Shown: positions 27,452-38,079, counted from the stretch's first letter. The stretch is DNA of 64,000 nt from Nitrosopumilaceae archaeon (GCA_965203465.1 CBDBCR010000003.1:768001-832000), one strand, 5' to 3'. The notes: a model not told the origin generated them from the sequence alone. Numbers and translations are program-made.

Positions 27452-28895
27452 GCGGCGAGGCCGACTGCGCTAGGCCGATCAGTGGATCGGGGTACACGCC
27501 AAAGGCCACCATGAACGCCATCGAGGCCGCCAGTATGGCGACGGCCGAGCGCGGCTCGCGCGCGCGCTCGCCGGGGCCGTCCTCAAAGTACATCTTGCGT
27601 ATCACCCAGCCGTAGTACGCTAGCGAAAGCGCGCTGTTGAGCACGCCGGCCACGGCCAGCCAGACCGTCCACGGGACGGCCGAGCTTGCGTCCAGCGCCG
27701 AGCCGAACAATACCAGCTTGGACCAGAACCCGCTCAGCGGCGGCACGCCGGCAAGCGAGAGCAGCGATACGGTCAGGCCGGCGGCGGTGAACGGCATGCG
27801 GCGCCCGAGGCCGCGCAGCTTTTCGAGGTGCGTGACGGCCAGGGCCACGGCGATGCCTGCCACCGCGGCAAAGGCCGCCCCCTTCATGACCGCGTGGTTC
27901 ATCACGTGCAGCAGCGAGCCGTGCAGGCCCATGGCCGAGTATGGGGCCACCGACAGCCCGATGAGCAGGTACCCCGCGTGGCCTATGCTAGAATAGGCCA
28001 GCATGCGCGCGAGGCTCTTTTGCATGATGGCCGCCACGTTGCCGACCGTCATGGTCATGACGGCCAATATCCCCAGCGCCAGGGCCCAGTCGGCGCCGGC
28101 GGCCACCATCCCGAGTATCACAACCCGTATGGCCGCCGCGAAGCCGGCCTTTTTGGTGCCGGCCGAGAGCAGCACCGCGACGGGCGCCGGCGAGCCCTCG
28201 TAGGCGTCGGGCAGCCACATGTGGAACGGCACCAGGCCCATCTTGAAGCCGAAGCCGGCCACGAACAGCCCGACCGAGAGCAGCGCCAGCGGCATCATCG
28301 ACGCGTCGGCAGAGGCCAGGCCGGCGGCCACCTCGGCTATGTTCGTAGAGCCCGTTATTCCGTACGCCAGCGATATGGCGTACACTATGAGGGCCGACGA
28401 GAACGCGCCGAACAGAAAGTACTTTATGGCAGCCTCGTTGGAGCGCGGGTCGCGCTTTGCAAAGCCTGCCAGCGCGTACGTGGGGATGCTCATCAGCTCC
28501 CAGGCCACGAACAGCATTATCAGGTCGGTCGAATATGCCACCAGCACCATGCCGACGGCCGAGAGCAGTATCAGCGAATAGTACACCGCGTGGTGGCCGT
28601 GCTTGCGCATGTAGCTGAACGACGAGACGGCCGTCATCAGCGCGACTGCCAGCATGGCGATGGCAAAGAACCCGCCGAACATGTCGTCGGCAAGGACGCC
28701 TCCCGAAAATACGGCCCCCTCGTCGGCCGAGCCTGAGAGCACGGCGTACGCCGCGTACAGCAGCGCGGCGGCCAGCGCCCCCAGCGCCACTAGGGCGTAC
28801 AGCTGCCCGCCCCGCTCGCCGCGCGCGATGCTGATCACTGGCAGGGCCGCGCCGGCCGAGCCGAGCAGCGCCATGAGCAGTATCGGGGTGTCCAT
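27441..28895 (-). CDS. nuoN: Complex I subunit N
   Basis: EAAIKYF, FKMGLVPFHMWLPDAYEG and RMLAYSSIGH motifs. Confidence 0.95.
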   Translation of the reverse strand: MDTPILLMALLGSAGAALPVISIARGERGGQLYALVALGALAAALLYAAYAVLSGSADEGAVFSGGVLADDMFGGFFAIAMLAVALMTAVSSFSYMRKHGHHAVYYSLILLSAVGMVLVAYSTDLIMLFVAWELMSIPTYALAGFAKRDPRSNEAAIKYFLFGAFSSALIVYAISLAYGITGSTNIAEVAAGLASADASMMPLALLSVGLFVAGFGFKMGLVPFHMWLPDAYEGSPAPVAVLLSAGTKKAGFAAAIRVVILGMVAAGADWALALGILAVMTMTVGNVAAIMQKSLARMLAYSSIGHAGYLLIGLSVAPYSAMGLHGSLLHVMNHAVMKGAAFAAVAGIAVALAVTHLEKLRGLGRRMPFTAAGLTVSLLSLAGVPPLSGFWSKLVLFGSALDASSAVPWTVWLAVAGVLNSALSLAYYGWVIRKMYFEDGPGERAREPRSAVAILAASMAFMVAFGVYPDPLIGLAQSASPLMP

Positions 28896-28899
28896 GGCC

Positions 28900-30966
28900 T
28901 CACACCATCAGCAGCAGGACCACGAAGAGCAGCCCCGCCCCGAAGACGAAAAGATAGGACTGGGCCACGCCCGTCTGCGTGCCCTGCACCACGCGCGCGC
29001 CCCAGCCGGCGGCCCGCTCGAAGCCGAGGTTCATGCCCGCGTCGACGGCGGTCCTCTCAAAGTAGCGGTGCACGCCGCGCGCCAGCCACAGCGGGGCCAC
29101 CACGAACCCCCAGTATATCATGGCGTTGAGGTACCACCTGTTGAGCATCAGCTTGTGCAGGGCGTAAAAGAAAACGTTGGACGCGACGAGCCTCTCGGCG
29201 CTGGCCTGCCTGCCGATGTAAAACAGGTACCCCAGGCCTATGCCGGCTGCAAAGGCCGCCAGCGACGAGCCGAGCGCCACGGGGTTGAGGCCCAGCAGCC
29301 CCTCCTCGCCGGCGCCGTGCTCGGAGTGTATGCCGAACGCGTCGTCGAGGTACACTTCGAACATGTGGTGGAGGTCCTGCTCGAGGCCCAGGCCGACCAG
29401 CCCCAGCCCTATGGTCATGGCCGCCAGCACCCCGTAGGGCACCCACATCGAGATAGAGACTTCGTGTATGCGGCCCTGCTCGTCGAGCTCTTGGACGCGC
29501 GCGCTGGGCTTGCCGAAGAACACCATGCCTATCATGCGGGTCGTGTAGAACGCGGTGATGACGGCCGTAAGGACGGCTATGGCGTACAGGGGCAGCGCCC
29601 ATTCGCTGCCCGACGTGTACACGGCCGCGAATATGGCGTCCTTTGACCAGAACCCCGTCGTGATGAACGGGGCCCCCATCAGGGCCAGGCCGGCGGCCCA
29701 CATGAACGCGTAGGTCTTGCGCATCTTTTTGCGCAGGCCCCCCATGTCGGTCATGAACCGCGAGCCGACCACGTGCAGCAGGGAGCCGGCGGCCATGAAC
29801 AGCGAGGCCTTGAACATGGCGTGCGATATGAGGTGGAAGAAGCCGGCGGTGTACCCGTCCACGTACTGCCCCGAGAGGCCGGCCACCCCGAGGGCCATCA
29901 TCATGTAGCCTATCTGCGAGCCGGTCGAATACGCCAGGACCTTCTTGATCTCGGGGTTGACCATGCCCTGCGTGGCCAGCAGCAGCGCGGTCATGGCGCC
30001 GACCCACGCTATTATCTCGAAGAACTGGTCCACCATGATGCCCGCCGCCGCCAGGGCGAAGAACAGCGGCCCTATGCGCGCCACCAAAAACACGCCGGCC
30101 TTTACCATGGTGGCCGCGTGTATCAGCGCCGAGACGGCCGTCGGGCCCGTCATCGCCTCGAGGAGCCACTCGTTGAGCGGGAACTGCGCCGACTTGCCTA
30201 TCGCACCGCCGAAGAGCAGCACGGCGGCCGGCACCAGCAGGCCCTCGGCCTGCATGGCAGAGGCCCACGCAGTGTCGGCCCCCAGCTCCCGGAACCCGAA
30301 CGTGCCCGCGTAGGCGAATATCAAAAACATGCCGGCCAGCATCATCACGTCGCCCACCTTTGTCATGATGAACGCCTTCATGCCCGCGTGCGTGGGCGAA
30401 TAGTACGCGGCAAGGCCCAGGGCCGTGTGCCCCTCGGTGCCCACGTAGTCCTTCTTTTTGTCGCGGTACCAGAAGCTGATCAGCATGTACGAGGCCAGCC
30501 CCACGCCCTCCCAGCCGAAGAACACCTGCAGCAAATTGTCCGAGAGCACGATCAGCTGCATCGAGCCGACGAAGAACATCATCCAGAACCAGAACCGCGG
30601 CAGGGCCGGATCGCCGCGCATGTAGCCGGTCCCGTATATCATGATGAGCAGCGATATCCAGCCGACCACGTTGGCCATGATGACGGCCAGCGGGTCCGCA
30701 AGGACGCCGGCCCCCACGCCGACCGACTCTATCCAGGGTATCTGATCGTGGACCTCGGCGCCGCCGAGGGCCCCGGGCAGCAGCAGCGCCGCCGAAAGGG
30801 CGCTTGCCAGCGCGAAGCCGACCGCCACGTAGCCGGTCCCCCGATGCGTGAATTTCCCGACGGCCGGCATTACCAGGGCCGCGACGAACGGCAATACCCA
30901 GACCGCCCAGGCGGCCTCGGCGCCCACGGCGAACGGGAGCTGGAAGGGCTCGGCCATGCTAGGCAC
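28900..30966 (-). CDS. nuoL: Complex I subunit L
   Basis: GWEGVGL, GKSAQFPL.WLLEAMTGPT..SALIHAATMV and KKVLAYST motifs. Confidence 0.95.
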   Translation of the reverse strand: MPSMAEPFQLPFAVGAEAAWAVWVLPFVAALVMPAVGKFTHRGTGYVAVGFALASALSAALLLPGALGGAEVHDQIPWIESVGVGAGVLADPLAVIMANVVGWISLLIMIYGTGYMRGDPALPRFWFWMMFFVGSMQLIVLSDNLLQVFFGWEGVGLASYMLISFWYRDKKKDYVGTEGHTALGLAAYYSPTHAGMKAFIMTKVGDVMMLAGMFLIFAYAGTFGFRELGADTAWASAMQAEGLLVPAAVLLFGGAIGKSAQFPLNEWLLEAMTGPTAVSALIHAATMVKAGVFLVARIGPLFFALAAAGIMVDQFFEIIAWVGAMTALLLATQGMVNPEIKKVLAYSTGSQIGYMMMALGVAGLSGQYVDGYTAGFFHLISHAMFKASLFMAAGSLLHVVGSRFMTDMGGLRKKMRKTYAFMWAAGLALMGAPFITTGFWSKDAIFAAVYTSGSEWALPLYAIAVLTAVITAFYTTRMIGMVFFGKPSARVQELDEQGRIHEVSISMWVPYGVLAAMTIGLGLVGLGLEQDLHHMFEVYLDDAFGIHSEHGAGEEGLLGLNPVALGSSLAAFAAGIGLGYLFYIGRQASAERLVASNVFFYALHKLMLNRWYLNAMIYWGFVVAPLWLARGVHRYFERTAVDAGMNLGFERAAGWGARVVQGTQTGVAQSYLFVFGAGLLFVVLLLMV

Positions 30967-32476
30967 CCAGCACCCCGCTCATGTACGGCATTATGCCGCC
31001 CAAAAATATGTCCGGATATATGCCAAGCACGACCGTAAAGCCGGCAAGGACCATCATGGGCGCGGTCATGTGCCAGCCGGCCTCGCGCACCTTTGCAAGC
31101 GGGGCCGGCGTCTTGCCGAAAAAGACGCGCTTCAGCATCCACAGAATATACGACATGGTCAGGGCCGTGGCCACCAGGCCCAGTCCGAAGGTCACCATGC
31201 GCAGCGTCGAGCCCTCCGATATGGCCGTCTCGAGGGCCCCGTAGAACATTATCCACTCGCCCATGAAGCCGCTCGTGGGCGGCACGCCCATTATGGTCAG
31301 GGCCCCCACGACGGCGCACACCGCCGTGATGGGCATGCGGCCGGCGAGGCCGCCCAGCTTTGATATGCTGCGCGTGCCCACGTTTACTATGATGATGCCG
31401 GCGGTCATGAACAGTATCCCCTTGCCGAGCGCGTGCGTGACGTACATCATCTCGGCGCCGGCCAGGCCCATCGCAGAGTAGGTCCCGATGCCGAACAGCA
31501 GGTACCCCATCTGGCTTATGCTCGAGTACGCAAAGAGCCGCTTGATGTCGTCCTGCATCAGCGCCATGGCGCCCCCGTAGAACATGGTCACCAGGCCCCA
31601 GACGTGGAACCATATGGACAGGTCGGCGAACGCGGAGGGCAGCATCTCGACTACCAGCCTGAATATCCCGTAGGCCCCTATGCCTATCATGGCAGGCGAG
31701 AGCAGCGCGCTGATGGGGGTCGGCGCGGCCCCGTGCACGTACGGCAGCCATATGTGGAACATGAATGCGGCCAGTTTCACGCCGAGGCCTATGGATATGG
31801 CCACGGCCGAGGCCAGCAGTATGTCGGCGGGCAGCGACCGGGCGTCTATGGAATCGAGATCGAACGTGCCGGCGGTCAGCCCCACCATCAGGAACCCCAG
31901 CAACAACACCACGGCGCCCACGTGCGTCCAGAACAAAAACATGAGCGCGATGCGCCGGCGCGGCCCGTCGCCCCAGAACGCTATCAAAAAGAACCCCGGT
32001 ATCAGCATCACCTCGAAGAACACGTAGAACTGTATCAGGTTGGTGGCCAGCACCGTCCCGACCATGCCCATGGCGAACGCCATGTAGAGCGCGTAGTAGG
32101 CGCCCGACTTTGCGTTGACGTACGACTGCAGGCCCGCCTCGTCCGGGCCGCGCTCCTCGCGGTACTGCTCGGCGAACTTGTGCTCCATGTAGGGGCGCGA
32201 GTACAGCGCTATGATGGTGCAGAGCACGTATATCATTATGGCGAAGGGCGAGGCCAGCCCGTCGAGCGAAAAGCCGAACCCGCCGAACATCTCGGTCCAC
32301 GGGTATTGCTCGGCCTTGCCGTCCAGCGATCCGTAGACTACCAGCGCGGTGCAGTACAGCAGCACCCCGAAGGCCATCCAGGTGGCCGCGGCCATCCCGT
32401 AGCGCCTGCCCACCAGGTAGGCGACGGGCGAGAGCAGCAGGGGCAGGAAGACGGCCTGCAGCAAGGAATATTCCAT
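30959..32476 (-). CDS. nuoM: Complex I subunit M
   Basis: FYVFFE, FHIWLPYVHGAAP and KRLFAYSSISQMG motifs. Confidence 0.95.
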   Translation of the reverse strand: MEYSLLQAVFLPLLLSPVAYLVGRRYGMAAATWMAFGVLLYCTALVVYGSLDGKAEQYPWTEMFGGFGFSLDGLASPFAIMIYVLCTIIALYSRPYMEHKFAEQYREERGPDEAGLQSYVNAKSGAYYALYMAFAMGMVGTVLATNLIQFYVFFEVMLIPGFFLIAFWGDGPRRRIALMFLFWTHVGAVVLLLGFLMVGLTAGTFDLDSIDARSLPADILLASAVAISIGLGVKLAAFMFHIWLPYVHGAAPTPISALLSPAMIGIGAYGIFRLVVEMLPSAFADLSIWFHVWGLVTMFYGGAMALMQDDIKRLFAYSSISQMGYLLFGIGTYSAMGLAGAEMMYVTHALGKGILFMTAGIIIVNVGTRSISKLGGLAGRMPITAVCAVVGALTIMGVPPTSGFMGEWIMFYGALETAISEGSTLRMVTFGLGLVATALTMSYILWMLKRVFFGKTPAPLAKVREAGWHMTAPMMVLAGFTVVLGIYPDIFLGGIMPYMSGVLGA

Positions 32477-32781
32477 CAGCCCTTCAGGCTCCTGAACTCG
32501 GCCACGTCCACGTTGCGGTACATGCGGTAGGCCACGATGATGAGCGAGAGGCCGACGGCGACTTCGGCGGCCGCCACGGCTATGGAGAACAGCGCCAGCG
32601 TCTGCCCGCCGCTGTCGGGCACGAACCGCCCGAAGGCGACCAGGTTGAGGTTTGCCGCGTTTATGATTATCTCGACGGCGAAGAGCATCCGTATGGCGTT
32701 GCGCTTGACGGACAGGCCGTATATCCCGACGCCCAGCAGGGCTATCGAGACGAGCACGAAGTCGCTAAGCTCGGCCGCCAT
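32476..32781 (-). CDS. nuoK: Complex I subunit K
   Basis: RNAIRMLFAVEIIINA and AVAAAEVAVGL motifs. Confidence 0.95.
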   Translation of the reverse strand: MAAELSDFVLVSIALLGVGIYGLSVKRNAIRMLFAVEIIINAANLNLVAFGRFVPDSGGQTLALFSIAVAAAEVAVGLSLIIVAYRMYRNVDVAEFRSLKG

Positions 32782-33271
32782 TCTCCTCCTCCCTCCTCGC
32801 CAGCACGAGCGCGCCGGTCACCGACGCGGACAGTATCAGGGCCATGGCGACCAGCGCCGGCCAGTAGTGGACCACGAAATCTGCCCCGATGTCCCTAAAG
32901 TCCACGGGCGGCTCGTCGGTCGATATCTGGCGCACGCCCGACTCCAGTATCACCGCGCCGAGGCCCACCATCAGCACCAGCATGAGGCCGATGCCGGCCA
33001 TCTTGCGGCGCGGATCCTCGACCTTTTTGAATATGAGCTCGCGGCGGACCAGCATCACGGTGAACAGTATCAGCACGGCGATGGAGCCGACGTAGACTGC
33101 TATCTGGAACATGGCCACGAACGGGGAATCGAGCAGCAGAAAGAACCCGGCCACGCCGCCCAGCGTCCCCATCAGGGCTATGGAGCCGTATATGAGCGAG
33201 CGCAGCTCGAGGGCCGCGACGGCCGAGCCGATCGTGAGCACCGAGAGGGCCAGGAACGCGCCGTCAGCCGT
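32765..33271 (-). CDS. nuoJ: Complex I subunit J
   Basis: FQIAVYVGSIAVLILFTVML. Start is either GTG 33241 or an inferred ACG 33271. Confidence 0.92.
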   Translation of the reverse strand, partial: TADGAFLALSVLTIGSAVAALELRSLIYGSIALMGTLGGVAGFFLLLDSPFVAMFQIAVYVGSIAVLILFTVMLVRRELIFKKVEDPRRKMAGIGLMLVLMVGLGAVILESGVRQISTDEPPVDFRDIGADFVVHYWPALVAMALILSASVTGALVLARREEENGGRA

Positions 33272-33761
33272 GGGAGGCGCCCCTCCCGTCTATCGTGATC
33301 TCGGCGTCCTGCGAGACGTCCGGCTTTACCTGCAGCTGCGCCGGCGTGTAGATGAGGCCCTCCTTGGTGAAAGAGGAGAGCTCGTAGTCGTTGCTCATGT
33401 ACAGCGCGTAAAAGGGGCAGGCGTCCACGCACAGCCCGCAAAAGACGCACTTGCCGTAGTCTATCTGCGGCATGATGGATTTTTTGTTCTGCTTCCAGCT
33501 CTCGGGCACCTTGACCATCGAGATCGCCTCGGCCACGCCCTCGCAGGCGATGGAGCACAGCTGGCACCCGGTGCAGTGGTCGTGGAAGAGCATGTGCCGC
33601 CCCTTGAGGCCGGCTATGCCGACGCCGGTGGTCGGGTCGAACTGGTAGCCGTCGCCGACGAATTTCAGCTTTTCCTCGGGGTAGCGCAGCGTGAAGCGCC
33701 GCACGGCCAGGTGCCGCACGCCCGAATTCAGCGCCTTTATTATGCCAGCGGCGGTCCCCAT
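33264..33761 (-). CDS. nuoI: Complex I subunit I (2x[4Fe-4S])
   Basis: CTGCQLCSIAC and CVFCGLCVDACP. ATG at 33761. Confidence 0.95.
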   Translation of the reverse strand: MGTAAGIIKALNSGVRHLAVRRFTLRYPEEKLKFVGDGYQFDPTTGVGIAGLKGRHMLFHDHCTGCQLCSIACEGVAEAISMVKVPESWKQNKKSIMPQIDYGKCVFCGLCVDACPFYALYMSNDYELSSFTKEGLIYTPAQLQVKPDVSQDAEITIDGRGASHG

Positions 33762-35062
33762 CACAACATCCCCCCAGGTCCGAGTACTCCGGCGTAAAGC
33801 AGGCCCAGAGCTATAAACATGTTGACGAAGGCCAGCGCTATGAGGCGGAACCAGCCCAGCTCGAGCAGCATGTCTATGCGTATGCGCGGGAAGACCCCGC
33901 GGGGCAGCAGCACGAAGAATATGACCGCGACCGTCTTTAGGACGAACCAGATGGTGCCGTTTATCATCTCCTGCGAGAGCAGCGGCAGGCCCTGTATGAG
34001 GACCGTCACCGGGCCGGCCTCTATGCCCTCGGTGATGATCTCCTCGGGGAACGGCGGCCACAGCATGGGGCCCTGCCAGCCGCCCAGGAACAGCACCGTG
34101 AACAGGGCCGCGAAGGCGTACAGCTTTAGGTACGTGCCAAGCTGCACCAGGCCGTACATCATGCCGGAAAACTCGGTCAGCCAGCCGGCCACTATCTCGC
34201 TCTCGGCCTCGGGCAGGTCGAAGGGGATGCGCTCCAGCTCGGCCAGCATGGTTATGAAGAAGACCACGGCGCCTACCGGCAAAAACAGTATCCACGGGAA
34301 CGCAGACTGGCTCTCTACTATCTCGGAGAGGTTGAGGGTGCCGGTCAGTATCACCACGCCGAGCAGCGAGAGTATCAGGGGTATCTCGAACGAGACCATC
34401 TGGTGGAGGGCCCGTATGCCGCCGATGAACGGGAACTTGCTGTTGGCAGACCAGGCCGAGAGCACCGTTATGATGGGGAAGAACCCGATCACGGCAAAGA
34501 CTGCCAGCAGGCCCACGTCCAGGTCGGCGACCACCCAGCCGCCCGGCGCGACCGGTATGAGGGCCACGAAGGCCGCGGCGGCCCCGACGAACAGCAGGGG
34601 CGCGGCCCAGAAAATGGGCTTGTCGGCCTTTGCGGGTATGATTATCTCCTTTGATATCAGCTTTAGGCCGTCGCCGGCAAGCTGCAGTATCCCCTCTATC
34701 TTGCCGCAGTAGAACGGCCCGACGCGCAGCTGGAGTTTGGCGAGCATCTTGCGCTCGACGAATATCGTTCCGGCTGCCAGCAGCGCCGCGAAGCCGAACC
34801 CCGGAAAGACGGCCACCCTGAAAAAGTCCGAGGCCATCAGGGCGTGGACCAGCGGCAGGGCGCGCGAGGGGTCGGCCAGCATGGTCAGGGCCAGGAACGG
34901 CGTGACCAGCTCGCCGTCCACGACGGGCAGGTCCACGTATATGAGCACCACCTGTATGGCCGGTATCCCGATGAGCGAGACTATGAGCACCGCCCAAAAG
35001 ACGTTGTCCAGTATGGACTTGATAAAGTAGCCCAGGCTGAACTTGGGCGCCAGTATCGACAC
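33761..35062 (-). CDS. nuoH: Complex I subunit H
   Basis: ERKMLAKLQLRVGP, DGLKLISKE and RIPFDLPEAESEIVAG motifs. Confidence 0.95.
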   Translation of the reverse strand: MSILAPKFSLGYFIKSILDNVFWAVLIVSLIGIPAIQVVLIYVDLPVVDGELVTPFLALTMLADPSRALPLVHALMASDFFRVAVFPGFGFAALLAAGTIFVERKMLAKLQLRVGPFYCGKIEGILQLAGDGLKLISKEIIIPAKADKPIFWAAPLLFVGAAAAFVALIPVAPGGWVVADLDVGLLAVFAVIGFFPIITVLSAWSANSKFPFIGGIRALHQMVSFEIPLILSLLGVVILTGTLNLSEIVESQSAFPWILFLPVGAVVFFITMLAELERIPFDLPEAESEIVAGWLTEFSGMMYGLVQLGTYLKLYAFAALFTVLFLGGWQGPMLWPPFPEEIITEGIEAGPVTVLIQGLPLLSQEMINGTIWFVLKTVAVIFFVLLPRGVFPRIRIDMLLELGWFRLIALAFVNMFIALGLLYAGVLGPGGML

Positions 35063-36195
35063 TAGCGGTCCGCCTCCACCGGCCAGTAGTTGAGGCTCCA
35101 GTACACGGCCGGCATGTTGCCCAGCTTTTCGCCCTTTAGCAGGTAGGGCATGGCCACCAGGTTCCGGAACGAGCCCACGCTGAGTTTCACGCGGTACGGC
35201 TCGGGCTTTTTGTCCGAGACGATGTAGGCGCCCAGCGAGCCGCGGCCCGACTCGACGCGCCTGTACACCGATTCCAGGCCGCCCTTGGGGTTGGGCTTTA
35301 GCTTGAGGCGCACCGAGCCGGACTTTGGCATCTTTGAGAGCGCATCGCGTATTATGCGGCAGCTCTGCATCATGTCCATCCAGGGGACGCGCGAGCGCGC
35401 GTAAGAGTCGCCGTCCTTTAGCACGCAGGTCTCGAAGTCCATGGAATCGTAGACGTCGTAGGGCTCTTTTTTGCGCACGTCAAAGTCCACGCCGCTGGCG
35501 CGCAGCACCGAGCCGGTCGTGCCCAGCCTCACGGCGTCCTGCCTGGAGAGCACCCCGGCGCCGCGCGTGCGCGACATCAGTATCGGGTTGTCGTAGAATA
35601 TGTCGGCGTATTCCCTTATGCGCTTTTCGAAATAGTCGACCTGGCGCAGGCACACGTCCTCGAAGTTGGCCGGCAGGTCGTTGCGCACGCCGCCGGGCAC
35701 AAAGTACGCGTGCGTCACGCGCGCGCCGGTCATCTTTTCGAGCAGGTCTATCAAGAGTTCCCTGTCGCCGGCCGGCCACATGAACATGGTCGAGTGGCCC
35801 AAAAATATCCCGTATATGGCAAGCCAGTACAGGGTGTACACGCACCTGTTTAGCTCCGAGGCGATGACGCGCACGTACTTTGCGCGCTCGGGCACCTCTA
35901 GGCCGAGCAGGTCCTCGACGCCGAGGCAGTACGGGTAGAGCACGTTGCAAGAGTCGTGTATGACGGGCCGCTCCAGGTGCGGTATGTTTGTTATGTAGTT
36001 GCGGTACTCGGCCATCTTTTCCTCGCCGCGGTGCACGTACCCCGGGTCGGGGTCGCACGCGACGATGTAGTCGCCGTCTATCTGGACTATGAGGCGCATG
36101 TGGCCCGAGCCGGGGTGCTGGGGGCCGACGTTGAGCGTCATTATGCGCTCGTCCACCTGCTGGAGCTGCAGGCCCGGCGGAAGTTGCGCTGCCAT
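35062..36195 (-). CDS. nuoD: Complex I subunit D
   Basis: NVGPQHPGSGH and GYVHRGEEK motifs; C-terminal VEADR. Confidence 0.95.
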   Translation of the reverse strand: MAAQLPPGLQLQQVDERIMTLNVGPQHPGSGHMRLIVQIDGDYIVACDPDPGYVHRGEEKMAEYRNYITNIPHLERPVIHDSCNVLYPYCLGVEDLLGLEVPERAKYVRVIASELNRCVYTLYWLAIYGIFLGHSTMFMWPAGDRELLIDLLEKMTGARVTHAYFVPGGVRNDLPANFEDVCLRQVDYFEKRIREYADIFYDNPILMSRTRGAGVLSRQDAVRLGTTGSVLRASGVDFDVRKKEPYDVYDSMDFETCVLKDGDSYARSRVPWMDMMQSCRIIRDALSKMPKSGSVRLKLKPNPKGGLESVYRRVESGRGSLGAYIVSDKKPEPYRVKLSVGSFRNLVAMPYLLKGEKLGNMPAVYWSLNYWPVEADR

Positions 36196-36197
36196 CC

Positions 36198-36887
36198 CTA
36201 CCTACCCTTTATCGCAAAGTCCTTGCGCAGCGGCGGTATGTCCGCCCAGTCCTCCGGCAGGAGCAGCCGCCGGTTGTCGGGATGATCCTCAAAGTACACG
36301 CCGAGCATCTCAAAGCACTCGCGCTCGTGGAATTCGACGCTGTAAAAAACCTCGCGCAGGCTCGGGACCGCCGTGGAGTCGCTGCCCGGGCTGGGCACCT
36401 CCTCGCGGGGGGCCCGCGTGGCCAGTTCGAGCACCTGCCGCGAGAGCGACTCGTCGGTGTACGAGCCGAGGTGGTAGACCACCTCTATCTCCTTGTCGGC
36501 CGGATAGTCCACGCCGGTGACCGATTCGGCGTGGTCGAAGTTGAGCTCGTCGCGCAGGTAATAGGCCACCTCGCGCACGTCCTCGCGGGCCACCTTTATG
36601 CCCACCCTGTCCGGCTTTACGAACCGGATCTGGGCGCGCTCGCCGAACTGCCCCGCTATCTGCTCTGACAGTTTTTTCTCGAAGGCGGGCAGCTCCGGCT
36701 CGGCCGGCTTTGGGGGGGCCGCTTGGGGCTTGGGCTCGGCCGGCTTTGCCGGTTCGGGCTTTGCGGCGGCCGGCTCTGCCGGTTTTTCGGCGGGCTTGGT
36801 TTCGGGTTTGGCTTTCTCGGGCCGTTCTGCCGGCTCGTCCTTGGGCTTTTCCACGGGTTTGGTTTCGGGTTTTGCGTCTTCGGCCAT
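36198..36887 (-). CDS. nuoC: Complex I subunit C with low-complexity KPAE-rich N-terminus
   Basis: VTGVDY, ERECFEMLGV and LLLPEDW...PLRKD motifs. Confidence 0.93.
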   Translation of the reverse strand: MAEDAKPETKPVEKPKDEPAERPEKAKPETKPAEKPAEPAAAKPEPAKPAEPKPQAAPPKPAEPELPAFEKKLSEQIAGQFGERAQIRFVKPDRVGIKVAREDVREVAYYLRDELNFDHAESVTGVDYPADKEIEVVYHLGSYTDESLSRQVLELATRAPREEVPSPGSDSTAVPSLREVFYSVEFHERECFEMLGVYFEDHPDNRRLLLPEDWADIPPLRKDFAIKGR

Positions 36888-37414
36888 CAGACTTCCTTCC
36901 TGGCCTTCATTCTCTTGATCTTTTCCTGAAGCAGCATGCACCCCTGTATCAGCGTCTCGGGCCGGGGCGGGCAGCCGGGCACGTACACGTCGACTGGCAG
37001 CACCCCGTCGATGCCGGGCAGCACGTTGTAAGAGTCAAAGTAGAGGCCGCCGGTTATGGCGCACGCGCCCATCGCTATGACGTACTTTGGCTCGGGCATC
37101 TGGTCGTACACCAGGCGGAGGCGCGGGGCCATCTTGCGAGTTATGGTCCCCTGCACCACGATGAGGTCGCACTGGCGGAGCGAGCCGAACGCCTCGATTA
37201 TGCCGAACCTTTCGACGTCGTAGCGCGGGCTGGAGGCCGCGCCGAACTCGACGCTGCAGCACGCAGTCTCGATGTGCACCGGCCACAGCGACCATATCCT
37301 GCCCCAGTTTATGGCGTACCCGAGCGGCTTGTCTATGGCCCTTTCCAGCACGTCGCCCAGCCTGCCCACGAAGACGTTGGCGTTGTGCGGGGTGATCAGA
37401 TCCTTGATCGTCAA
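36887..37414 (-). CDS. nuoB: Complex I subunit B
   Basis: TACCSVE, MGAC and VDVYVPGCPPRPE motifs. TTG start at 37414 inferred. Confidence 0.95.
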   Translation of the reverse strand: MTIKDLITPHNANVFVGRLGDVLERAIDKPLGYAINWGRIWSLWPVHIETACCSVEFGAASSPRYDVERFGIIEAFGSLRQCDLIVVQGTITRKMAPRLRLVYDQMPEPKYVIAMGACAITGGLYFDSYNVLPGIDGVLPVDVYVPGCPPRPETLIQGCMLLQEKIKRMKARKEV

Positions 37415-37421
37415 GCCGGCA

Positions 37422-37796
37422 TCACCATATGTTCCGCCTCCTCGACTGGTAGAGCGCAAAGGCCATGGCCGCGAACATTATGCCTAGGAACACGATTATC
37501 GGCAGCGTCGCCTCCCTGGGCAGGTTGAGTATGGTGCTGCCCCACGCGTACAGGAATATGGACATAACGTCGAATACGACGAACATGAGGATGTAGGCGT
37601 AGTACTGCATCATGAAGTGTGTGCGCCCCTCCCCCTTGGGCACCTGGCCGCACTCCATGGGCAGGAACTTTACAGGGTTGTTGTGCCTGCGCGGCGAGAC
37701 CATGCGCGATATGAGAAGCGCCGGGGCGGTGGCCACCACCGCAAAGCCGAACATGAGCAGGACTTGGCTGTAATTGCCCGCTACTTCGCCCACCAA
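37422..37796 (-). CDS. nuoA: Complex I subunit A
   Basis: PMECG and QYYAYILMFVVFDV motifs. Confidence 0.95.
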   Translation of the reverse strand: MVGEVAGNYSQVLLMFGFAVVATAPALLISRMVSPRRHNNPVKFLPMECGQVPKGEGRTHFMMQYYAYILMFVVFDVMSIFLYAWGSTILNLPREATLPIIVFLGIMFAAMAFALYQSRRRNIW

Positions 37797-38079
37797 GCCG
37801 AATCTCGCGGCCGGGGCTTGTTATATAAAACTACAGACGGTTTTTCCCACGCCGCCGGCGCGCAAAAAAGCGGCGCGCCGCGCCGCGGCGGATTCCCGGC
37901 CTAGTGCCTAGGCACGATCCGAACCGGGCCCGGATCGGGCTCTGCCCCGAGCCGCGGGCGTACGGAAAACGGAGCGCGCGCCTGCCAGCATGTAGGCGCG
38001 CGGCCGCCGGGAAAAAGCGCGGGCCCGGGCGCCGCGGCGGGTTTGCGGGCAGGGCGGCCTGAAACTCTCCGGCGGAGCG

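Noticed and set aside
36700-36887. Repeat element in the nuoC 5' region
   Set aside because: It is a low-complexity Lys/Pro/Ala/Glu protein extension, not a DNA-level element.
27441-37796. Complex I lacking nuoEFG and with M before L as a novelty
   Set aside because: This is the known arrangement in Nitrososphaerota.
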